Origin: an uncultured Chloroflexia bacterium
GTDB taxonomy: Bacteria; Chloroflexota; Anaerolineae; Anaerolineales; UBA4823
Direction: 5' to 3'
Assembly: GCA_963793095.1 (NCBI GenBank)
Contig: CAWBYY010000001.1
Location: 70,431-134,430 of the forward strand
Length of the DNA: 64,000 nucleotides
Positions 56,248 through 64,000 of the stretch are shown in pieces. Both the position numbers and the translations under genes were made by a program. The first letter of the stretch is position 1, and every line of letters begins with the position of its first letter. Below the pieces are notes generated by a model. It saw nothing but the letters and a program-made list of their open reading frames with translations. It was not told where the DNA came from and made no database searches.

Positions 56248-57261
56248 ATGCCGCACTACAATTTAGCGTTGATGGGATTTGGAAATGTTGGCCGGGCGCT
56301 GGCGCGCTTGCTTCTGGACAAAAGAGGCGAACTGGCAAGCCGCTATGACCTGTCCTTTGCCGTTACCGCGATTGCAACCGGCAGGCATGGAGTGGTGATA
56401 AACCGGGACGGCATTGACCTCGAGCGAGCCCTGCGGTTAGAAGACCTCAGCGTGCTCTCCGATTTAGTCGCGCCCCGGGAGGGCTGCGAGTTTATCTGTG
56501 AATGCGGCGCGGATGTGCTATTTGAAAATACCCCCGTAAATTACAAAAGCGGACAGCCGGCGGTGGACTGCATCCGCACCGCGCTGGATTGCGGGATGCA
56601 TGTGATCACCGCCAATAAAGGACCGGTTGTGCACGCATACCGGGAACTAACCGAGATCGCTGAAAATAAAGGCAGGCGGTTTTACTTTGAGTCGGCAGTG
56701 ATGGACGGCGCGCCGGTGTTTGCCCTTTTCAGGGAGACTTTGCCCGCAACCAACCTGCTTTCTTTCAAGGGCGTATTAAATTCCACCACCAATGTAATCC
56801 TGACCCGCATGGAAAGCGGGGAGAGTTTCGACCAGGCCGTGGCTTATGCTCAGAATGTTGGCCTTGCCGAGACCGATCCCAGCGGAGATATTGACGGCTG
56901 GGATGCGGCGGTAAAGGTGGCCGCGCTGGCGACAGTGTTAATGGGGGTTCCCATGCTACCGTCTGAGATCGACCGGGAGGGGATCCGGGGGGTTACGCCT
57001 GAGAAGATCGAACAGGCAAAACAGAATGGAAAACGCTGGAAATTACTGTGCTCGGCAGAAAAAACCGGCCAGGCAGTGGTCGCCAGGGTCGCGCCCGAGA
57101 TGGTTGGGCCGGAGACGCCCTTTTATTCGATTGAAGGCTCGACCAGCATCGTCCAGTTCACCACCGATACGCTGCCCGAGTTATCGCTGATAGAAGGCAA
57201 CCCCGGGCCGGATACAACCGCTTACGGTTTGCTGGCTGATTTTATCAACGCCGTCACCTGA
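56248..57261 (+). CDS. hom: homoserine dehydrogenase (no ACT domain)
   Basis: GFGNVG NAD-binding motif, ITANKGP, and AQNVGLAETDPSGDIDGWDAAVKVAAL are present. The RBS is GGGAGG. Confidence 0.85.
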   Translation: MPHYNLALMGFGNVGRALARLLLDKRGELASRYDLSFAVTAIATGRHGVVINRDGIDLERALRLEDLSVLSDLVAPREGCEFICECGADVLFENTPVNYKSGQPAVDCIRTALDCGMHVITANKGPVVHAYRELTEIAENKGRRFYFESAVMDGAPVFALFRETLPATNLLSFKGVLNSTTNVILTRMESGESFDQAVAYAQNVGLAETDPSGDIDGWDAAVKVAALATVLMGVPMLPSEIDREGIRGVTPEKIEQAKQNGKRWKLLCSAEKTGQAVVARVAPEMVGPETPFYSIEGSTSIVQFTTDTLPELSLIEGNPGPDTTAYGLLADFINAVT

Positions 57262-57527
57262 AATATATTGCGCAATAAACCGGTAAAGATCGAAATATAG
57301 TTCTGTTTCGCAGCCGTTCCCAATTACTAACTAATTTACGAGTTACCTCAGCTTAAGGGGGCGGATGAGGAATTTGCATCCGGGGCCAGCCTGGCACAAT
57401 CCTGACGGCACAAGGAAAGTGTTGCCTTGGATGGCTTGCCGTTTTCAAGGCGATCCGTCTTAAGTTGAGGCAAGTTCACTAAAAGACTGGTCTTTGGCTG
57501 GCTTTGGAATATTTATAAATTTCCTCT

Positions 57528-57854
57528 TTAGCTGGATTGATATACGTTTTCAAACCATTGTTTATATGAAATACGCATTTTTTCATCCGTCTCCAATGTG
57601 ATTTCATACCCACCAAATGGTAAATGAAAGAGATCCTTGATCCTTAAACCATTGTAATACAGTGGTTGAAGGATTCGTATTCGGGTTGGTTTTACAGCAT
57701 ATCCCCCCAAATTTCTATCCGAAAGTTGTTTCTCGAATTTTTCTACCCAGTTTGGTGAACATCTGGGTAATACTTTGTATTTTGAAGAAGTGAAGTTGTC
57801 CTTATTTTTCCCCTTTTTTCTACTTTGCATTCTATTTTTAATTTTGTTTAGCAT
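57528..57854 (-). CDS. hypothetical protein (orphan, AT-rich)
   Basis: 108-aa ORF with a Lys-rich N-terminus. I recognise no family. It lies in the AT-rich segment after hom, and its coding status is uncertain. Confidence 0.4.
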   Translation of the reverse strand: MLNKIKNRMQSRKKGKNKDNFTSSKYKVLPRCSPNWVEKFEKQLSDRNLGGYAVKPTRIRILQPLYYNGLRIKDLFHLPFGGYEITLETDEKMRISYKQWFENVYQSS

Positions 57855-58350
57855 TTCTTTTCTTCCCCTAAAAGTTTAATGCAATAGTTCTCTATCCTGC
57901 ACTCAGAAGTAACAACATATTATATGGTAATTCTCATCGCCCAACCTTTCAGCTTATTGAAAAAATAATTCTGTAGTATTGATATAATCAATCAACGTGA
58001 AGGTTTAACGGATAAGTGACAATTTTTCACTTTATCCACAGAATTTGAATACAAAGAATTCTTCTGAGAGGTATTATCCAAAGCTTATAAGAAATTGATT
58101 CATATAAAATGTGTTTGGTGGATTTCTCGAATCAAGATGTTGGGTTATCAACCAGTTCACACAGCATGCACCCGACGCTTGGGATTCTGGGCGATATTTT
58201 TGGTTTGGTTCTAGCTTTTGGTATATACTGGTCTGTGGACATTATCTCGACCCGCCCCAGCACAGGTAACCCGAGCCGTTAGGCGGCCTGCTTCTTCACT
58301 CTGCTTGTGATAGGAAGACTGCCGCACACATATAAGGAGAGGTACCCTAA

Positions 58351-58821
58351 ATGCCCGAAAAAGATCTTCCAATGGCGCACGACAAGAATATTGGCCTGGT
58401 CGCACACGACAACAAGAAACACGCTCTTGTTGAGTGGGCCCGGTTCAATAAAGATCTTTTGTCCCATCACAAACTCTACTCGACGGGGACGACTGGCCTT
58501 ATGCTGGAAAAAGAACTTGGCTTCGAGGTGAACAAGCTACAAAGTGGGCCTCTCGGAGGCGACCAGCAGATTGGCGCGAAGATCGCTGATGGCGAAATTA
58601 ACTTTCTGATCTTCTTCTGGGATCCACTTGAGCCGATGCCGCACGATCCCGATGTGAAAGCGCTTCTTAGAATGGCAGTAGTGTGGAATATCCCCATCGC
58701 GTGCAATCGATCTTCAGCAGATTTCATGATTTCCTCACCCTTGATGGATTCAGAGTACTCACGCCTGCTGCCTGACTACGATGAATACCGTACGCGGGAG
58801 TTAGGGGACAATGAGCTATGA
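58351..58821 (+). CDS. mgsA: methylglyoxal synthase
   Basis: [39 protein letters not shown] and [13 protein letters not shown] are present. The RBS AAGGAGAGG lies upstream of ATG 58351. Confidence 0.9.
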   Translation: MPEKDLPMAHDKNIGLVAHDNKKHALVEWARFNKDLLSHHKLYSTGTTGLMLEKELGFEVNKLQSGPLGGDQQIGAKIADGEINFLIFFWDPLEPMPHDPDVKALLRMAVVWNIPIACNRSSADFMISSPLMDSEYSRLLPDYDEYRTRELGDNEL

Positions 58822-58839
58822 CAGATCGCGAACTCAACG

Positions 58840-59805
58840 GTGCGCAGACTAAGGCCTTCTACCGTCTCGCTGGAACGGACCCACCGCGAGGAGCGAGAAG
58901 ATATCCATAGGTTTCGAAGAAACCTATGGGGTCGGCTCCGTTTCTACGCCGCGTTCGTCTGGCGCTTTGTGGTGCTGCAACACCCGGAACCGCTCATCTA
59001 TGGCTTGGCGGTGACGGACCGTTGCAACCTTGCCTGCCGCGGCTGTCACGTCTCCAATACCGGCCGTCCCGATATGACCTGGGATCAACTGGTCACCGCG
59101 ATGCAGGACGCATGGAACCGCGGGTTCCGGGAGCTGTACTTCAGCGGTGGGGAACCCATGCTGTGGCGCGACGCAGACCATACACTCAAGGACGCGGTTG
59201 TCGAGGCGAAACGGATTGGTTTCTTCCACGTACATGTTTACACCAACGGCCTGTTTGAACTCGAAACCTCGGCTGATCTCGTCTGGGTCAGTATGGATGG
59301 GTTGCCAGGCACCTTTGATATGCGGCGCGGCAATCACTTTCATCAGGTCGAACGCACCATTCGCACGAGGTCGCACCCCAAGGTCGCCGTTATCTACGTG
59401 ATTGACCGCAACACCGCGGAGGGCATCGAGCCGTTCCTGCAGTGGGTGGATGAAACGAATTTCCCTATCATCGGTGTCATGTTCTACTTCCACACGCCTT
59501 ACTACGGGCGCGACGAGTTGTTCCTGACCAATGAGGAGCGCGCGCCGATCATTGACCGGCTCCTCGATTGCATCCGGGCCGGGCTGCCGATTCTCAATTC
59601 ACGGGCTGGTTTATTGGCGCTGAAATCTGGCGATTGGCCACGACGTTTTGCTGTGGCTTCGGTGAGAGATGTTGATGGCGAGTCGGTGTGCTGTCGCGCC
59701 GCGGATGAGGTCTGTGCGGACTGTGGTTACGCAGCGTGCACTGAGCTTACAGAGTTTCAACGCTTGCGCCCGAGCGCATTGCTCGGCATGCTGAGGTACT
59801 GGTGA
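58840..59805 (+). CDS. radical SAM enzyme with Cys-rich (SPASM/twitch-like) C-terminus
   Basis: CNLACRGC (CX3CX2C) is preceded by LIYGLAVTDR, with FSGGEPMLW (GGE motif) downstream. The C-terminus is CC-x6-C-x2-C-x4-C (VCCRAADEVCADCGYAAC). The start is ambiguous: GTG 58840, or ATG 58818 in another frame. Confidence 0.8.
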   Translation: MRRLRPSTVSLERTHREEREDIHRFRRNLWGRLRFYAAFVWRFVVLQHPEPLIYGLAVTDRCNLACRGCHVSNTGRPDMTWDQLVTAMQDAWNRGFRELYFSGGEPMLWRDADHTLKDAVVEAKRIGFFHVHVYTNGLFELETSADLVWVSMDGLPGTFDMRRGNHFHQVERTIRTRSHPKVAVIYVIDRNTAEGIEPFLQWVDETNFPIIGVMFYFHTPYYGRDELFLTNEERAPIIDRLLDCIRAGLPILNSRAGLLALKSGDWPRRFAVASVRDVDGESVCCRAADEVCADCGYAACTELTEFQRLRPSALLGMLRYW

Positions 59806-61097
59806 ACAGCCTGAGTCACTGGCTATTACACATGACCACACGATCCATCCGCCGCTACCTGGTGGGGCCTGAACAACGCTGGGTTTTCGAACGGCCCGCT
59901 CCGGGTTGGGCTCCAGTGCTGGTTGAGCGCACTTCGCTGTATTTGCATGTGCCGTTCTGCTGCCACTTTTGCCCCTATTGTCCTTACACCAAAGTTCCTT
60001 ATCGCGCCTCACTCGTGGAACCCTTCACCCGGGCAGCAATTGCCGAGGTAGACTGGTGGGCTGATGCGATTGGGCCGGCGGAGATAACGAGTGTCTACAT
60101 CGGCGGAGGCACGCCGACACTGGCGCTGGACAGCGTCGCCCGTGTGCTGAGGCGCGTGCGCGAGCGGTTCCGCCTGACAGGCGATATCTGCATCGAAACC
60201 AACCCTGCTGACGTGAATGATGAGACCGTGCAGTGTTTGCATGACATGGATGTGGCGCTTGTTTCACTGGGTGTGGAATCGTTCCAGCCTGAGAACCTTG
60301 CCATAATTGGACGTGACTACAAGCCCCTCGTTGCAGAACAGGCGCTGGCACTGCTCGCGGAGAGTGGTTTTGCTTCGGTTAACGTGGATCTCATGTTCGC
60401 TCTGCCGCGCCAGACTGTCGCTGATGTGACTGCAGATTTAGCCCGAGCCGCGCAGCTCGGCGCGGACCAGCTCACGACATACCCACTCTTCACTTTTCCA
60501 TACACCTCGGTCGGTAAATACATGCGGCTGAAGGCGGTGCGAATGCCAAAACTGCGTATGCGCCAGGCGCACTACCGGGCCATTAGCAGGTGGTGCGCTG
60601 AACACAACTTTGAGCGCGTTTCGGTGTGGGGCTTCAAGAGAGGCACCGTCCCGCGCTATTCCTCGGTCACCCGGGACGGCTACATAGGGATAGGCCCTGG
60701 CGCCGGATCGCATCTGCCCGATGGGTTCGTGCTTAATACATTCGATTTCAATAGTTGGGTCCAGGCAACGTGCAACGGGCGCTCGGCGATCGCCCTGCGC
60801 ATGCCGTTCGCTGGTGAGATGTCTGGCTGGTGGTGGCTGTACTGGAGGATTTATGACACGCGCATTCCACTGGACGGCCTAAATGCGGCTCTTTGTAATG
60901 ATGCCCCCAAGACCCGCCAGTGGCTGAGAGTCATGGAACAGGCCGGGTTCGCGGTCCACAATGGCGGGCATCTCGAACTCACTGAGTCGGGCGCCTTCTG
61001 GCTTCATCTTGCGCAGAACTACTTCGCACTAAATTATGTGAACACGCTATGGACCCAGGCACGTGGGGAGCCGTGGCCGCAGGCAGTGGCGATTTGA
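59802..61097 (+). CDS. HemN-family radical SAM enzyme (coproporphyrinogen-dehydrogenase / HemW / class C methyltransferase-like)
   Basis: LYLHVPFCCHFCPYCPY (CX3CX2C in the HemN context) and VYIGGGTPT are present. 431 aa. The GTG start overlaps the upstream stop (GTGA). Confidence 0.85.
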   Translation: MNSLSHWLLHMTTRSIRRYLVGPEQRWVFERPAPGWAPVLVERTSLYLHVPFCCHFCPYCPYTKVPYRASLVEPFTRAAIAEVDWWADAIGPAEITSVYIGGGTPTLALDSVARVLRRVRERFRLTGDICIETNPADVNDETVQCLHDMDVALVSLGVESFQPENLAIIGRDYKPLVAEQALALLAESGFASVNVDLMFALPRQTVADVTADLARAAQLGADQLTTYPLFTFPYTSVGKYMRLKAVRMPKLRMRQAHYRAISRWCAEHNFERVSVWGFKRGTVPRYSSVTRDGYIGIGPGAGSHLPDGFVLNTFDFNSWVQATCNGRSAIALRMPFAGEMSGWWWLYWRIYDTRIPLDGLNAALCNDAPKTRQWLRVMEQAGFAVHNGGHLELTESGAFWLHLAQNYFALNYVNTLWTQARGEPWPQAVAI

Positions 61098-61312
61098 ACC
61101 AGGACGCGGGCTAACCCGGACTGCAAGCGGGCAGGAATACAGCTTTCAACTGCGAACGATAATGTGAACAAAATACATGTTGTGTTCATATCCCCCAGAA
61201 AATGACTGTTAAATCGGTCCTTGTCTTTTAATTCATGTTCTGCTATCGTGTTCTTAGTAGACATATTGGTCTCTCATGACGGTTATGTTTACTCCATTTC
61301 AGCAGTCGTTTT

Positions 61313-61435
61313 ATGAATTTTGTTGAGCCGATCCGCGATCGAAAAAAGATCGCTCAAATCAAGAACCTGCTGCGTGGTCAGTGACGTTTCCGCGATCTGT
61401 TGTTGTTCAACGTGGGTGTCAATTATTTATTATAA
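61313..61435 (+). mobile_element. tyrosine-recombinase (integrase) N-terminal remnant, with an in-frame stop and truncated
   Basis: My own translation gives MNFVEPIRDRKKIAQIKNLLRGQ*RFRDLLLFNVGVNYLL*. Up to ...GVN it matches the conserved N-terminus of small site-specific integrases (…EPIRD.K.I..IK.YL......RD.LLF..GIN(T)GLRISD…). The TGA is at 61382-61384. The catalytic domain is absent. Confidence 0.6.
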
Positions 61436-61827
61436 TTGCAGCTGCACTCACTTCGGTTTGATCTTTCTTCAGGGTGGATTTTTACTTAATTTAACCTTTC
61501 TTGTACGAACCATAATCGTCATGTTTCTCTCCTCTACCCATTGTTGGCATTATCACATAATCTTTGCGGTTCAGAAGTGTACAAAATGTATTTTGTTTCT
61601 AATGTAATAGTGCATATAATAGTTATGAATGATTGGTTACTACAATTTGAACCAAATATTAATCTATTGCTGAATAATCCCCCCTTTATTTTCAGGACGT
61701 TATACGGCAAAAAATGCCGCCATAGGCTTATTATACGGGCTGTATAAACACCAGTTGGGCCGTTCACGAAGCAGTAATTTATTTCTTGGGCAGCTGATAA
61801 TTCCGAATTGTAGAGGTTTATGTTCCT

Positions 61828-62787
61828 ATGACTGCAGCAATGGATGATTTAGAAAAACGCTTGACCCAACTGAAGCGAGAGGTGCCTACGCGAGGTCTTG
61901 AGCGTCACCCTTCAGTGTTGAAAAACATATCTGATCTGCCTCCCGACCTCCAATCGCCAGCCGTGACGGCCCTAGCCTCCAGTATAGCCATCCAGACCAT
62001 TATTGTATTTCCACCGCAGATACATCGTGGGTGGGACTATGTTCCGAAGCAGGCCCTGCTGTTTTCGCCTGCGGATGTGATCTGTCTTATGGCGTCGGTT
62101 TGGCCTGACCAGGAACCCCAAATCAGGCATATAAAGGGGGGCGGGATCATGTATGTGCGAGTGTCAATGATATTGCTTTATGGATTACTGGAAATCCTTG
62201 CGCAAGGATCGGGTTCGCCAACTCGAGTCAACGTGGAATTCAATACAGTAGCCTGGTACCTCCTGGCACCTCCTGTGCGGCTATTGCTGCAGGCGACCAA
62301 AGCCATTTCCGGCACGCAGATAGGGCAATCCTCCTATTCCCAAGATATCCAACAGGCGCTTGATAAATTGCCGCTGAAGTTTTCAAATGGTGTAAGCCTC
62401 TACGGGGTGTTACCTGGTGAGTTACTGGAAGCCCTGGTTTTCCAGCGAGGCACCTGGGAACGTTGGCTGCTGTTGATCCGCCGGCCTATTTCCGCTAACA
62501 CTCTGTTATTACTCACGAGTAATTACATGGTAGTGATCCAGGAAGATTTGAAGACAAGGTATGGATGGATCATCTCGTACCTTCCTCGGGATAGTATTGC
62601 CGGTATGCAAAATCAGGCTTGCGGCGAATGGAATGAGGTGACTGTTCAGTTGAAACGAGGCAGGCAAACTGCAACATATACGTTGCAGTTGAAGAGGGAA
62701 GTTGCTGAGGTTTGGGGAGAGCGGTGGGTGCAGCATGGCGGTCAGTGGCAAGATCTCCCCGGTGAGGCGAAAAAGCCATCCTGGTAA
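61828..62787 (+). CDS. hypothetical protein (orphan)
   Basis: 319-aa ORF with a balanced composition, flanked by AT-rich non-coding DNA. I recognise no motif. Confidence 0.6.
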   Translation: MTAAMDDLEKRLTQLKREVPTRGLERHPSVLKNISDLPPDLQSPAVTALASSIAIQTIIVFPPQIHRGWDYVPKQALLFSPADVICLMASVWPDQEPQIRHIKGGGIMYVRVSMILLYGLLEILAQGSGSPTRVNVEFNTVAWYLLAPPVRLLLQATKAISGTQIGQSSYSQDIQQALDKLPLKFSNGVSLYGVLPGELLEALVFQRGTWERWLLLIRRPISANTLLLLTSNYMVVIQEDLKTRYGWIISYLPRDSIAGMQNQACGEWNEVTVQLKRGRQTATYTLQLKREVAEVWGERWVQHGGQWQDLPGEAKKPSW

Positions 62788-63046
62788 TCAGGCCACCCGA
62801 ACCCGCGAGCACCCGACACCTGCTCCGCAGCACTCCGCCAGTGCAGGAAACGCCAGTCGTTGGGCGAGCATCTACTAAGTGATAATGTTCCTTATGTAAA
62901 TTCACTGAATTGAAAGAATCCAAAACAAATTGATAGTTTATGAAGTTTATTGATAGCAACTCATAGGTATCATGAGTAAAACAAACTTCTGTGATCATGA
63001 TTTTCCCACTGGCAAGCATTTGTGAATAGGAAAAGAGAATAATCCT

Positions 63047-64000
63047 TTGAGGGTAAAAAGATTGCTAACGATCATACTGCGTTGGGCTGGACGGATATTA
63101 TTGGTTGGACTGTTTCTCTTTTTGGGGCTAATTATCTATCTGCTAGTTCGAGAGTCCATTACTCGAAACAAATATCGAGCTGAGTACCCTCCACCAGGTC
63201 AAATGGTAAATCTTGGAACCCATAATATCCATTTGAACTGCGCGGGGAGTGGGAGACCAACGGTTGTTTTTGAAGCTGACCTTGATCAGTATGGCTCGTT
63301 GAGCTGGGTGCCAGTTCAAGAAAGAATCGGGGAATTGACCCGCGCATGCAGCTACGATAGAGCTGGAATCCTGTGGAGTGAACCAGGGCCACTTCCCAGA
63401 GATGGCGAGACAATCGCACGTGAACTTTCTACTGTTCTGGATGCTGCAGGTGAAGAAGGTCCATATATCCTGGTGGGCCATGCATTTGGTGGTGCCTATA
63501 TCAGAATATTTGCGGGAAAATACCCTGACGATGTGTGTGGTATGGTGCTGATTGAATCAAGCCATCCTGAAATGCTGCACGCGCTTCGGTGAGTATGGCG
63601 TTGTACCAGAAATTCCAAGACAGAAATATCAGGCCCTTGATCCTGTTGTTGTCTCATCTGGGATCGCCAGGTCGATATAAAGGGAATGTGTATAACCTGC
63701 CACCTGAAATCTATGATCCAGTACAGGCATTCTTACCCGAATCAAGTATGACGTGGTTCGATGAGAAAGTTGAAAGCCCTAACACACTGGCACAAGCAGG
63801 GCATTATGAATATTTGGGCGACTGGCCATTGATTGTGCTTGCTACTTCAGGACCTTCACCTTCCTTGGGAGACCTAGGACAGAAACTAGATGATTTATGG
63901 CTCGAAATGCAGCGTGAGTTACTTTTACTGAGTGAGAATAGTGAGTTCAGATCATACGAGATAGGACATTATCCTCAACTTCAAGACCCCGAGGTGGTAA
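63047..64000 (+). pseudogene. alpha/beta-fold hydrolase with N-terminal membrane anchor, frame interrupted (probably twice); runs off the window end
   Basis: ORF 63047..63592 has a TTG start, an anchor ILLVGLFLFLGLIIYLLV and the nucleophile elbow GHAFGG. The sequence continues in other frames (RFGEYGVVPEIPRQ..., then ...LILLLSHLGSPGRYKGNVYNLPPEIYD...WPLIVLATSGP...EIGHYPQLQDPEVV) to position 64000. Confidence 0.65.

Noticed and set aside
58109-58282. 57-codon ORF upstream of mgsA with one hydrophobic helix (MCLVDFSNQDVGLSTSSHSMHPTLGILGDIFGLVLAFGIYWSV...), considered as a small membrane protein or RiPP precursor.
   Set aside because: It has no RBS, lies in AT-rich DNA where random ORFs are common, and is not adjacent to the radical SAM genes. 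It is unsupported.
61034-61264. 76-aa minus-strand ORF overlapping the 3' end of the HemN-like gene.
   Set aside because: Its distal half is antisense to a well-supported gene. Only the first ~55 codons lie in intergenic DNA, and I recognise no motif.
62570-63019. 149-aa minus-strand ORF.
   Set aside because: It overlaps the 3' end of the 319-aa orphan ORF on the opposite strand and continues through AT-rich spacer. There is no RBS or motif support.
1-64000. Search for CRISPR arrays, rRNA and tRNA genes, for example as an island integration site near 57.3 kb.
   Set aside because: I saw no regularly spaced direct repeats, no rRNA-like conserved blocks and no cloverleaf or T-loop (GGTTCGAATCC-like) candidates by eye. 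A tRNAscan/Infernal run is needed to be certain.

Overview
This is a 64-kb chromosomal window with about 60 protein-coding genes. I saw no rRNA, tRNA or CRISPR array by eye. The gene content suggests a Chloroflexota- or Actinomycetota-like environmental bacterium; this is inference only. It rests on four DinB-fold proteins, at least six GNAT acetyltransferases, a two-subunit AcnX dehydratase, GT39-type membrane glycosyltransferases and the MSMEG_4193/DUF3090/SCO1664 trio. Most of the window is ordinary metabolism and housekeeping: msrA, LOG, an aminotransferase, two Zn-ADHs, ychF, galK, CoA-transferase A/B, a P5C-dehydrogenase-like ALDH, lactate permease, HtrA, MgtC, SulP-rhodanese, glpX, a CPA2 antiporter, rarA and hom. 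Seven things deserve a second look. (1) At least 11 genes are split into two ORFs, and every split has the same 3n+1 geometry, several at short homopolymers. This is most likely insertion-biased assembly error, but it is systematic. (2) Two tandem GT39 paralogs share a 1.1-kb near-identical core flanked by diverged ends, and both carry the same frameshift. (3) A serine-palmitoyltransferase-like enzyme sits next to a KDSR-like reductase. (4) The conserved but uncharacterised phosphomutase/DUF3090/PI-kinase-like trio is present. (5) From 57.3 kb onward there is an AT-rich, compositionally foreign segment. It carries an integrase remnant, orphan ORFs and a tight mgsA, radical-SAM, HemN-like radical-SAM operon. 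This is my best candidate for an undescribed system. (6) A lipid-kinase, Helicase_C_3-like, ParB/Srx-fold, HAD cluster is present. (7) A P-loop kinase, Fe-S protein, nucleoside phosphorylase operon is present. All family calls come from motif recognition in the translations. No database search was run.
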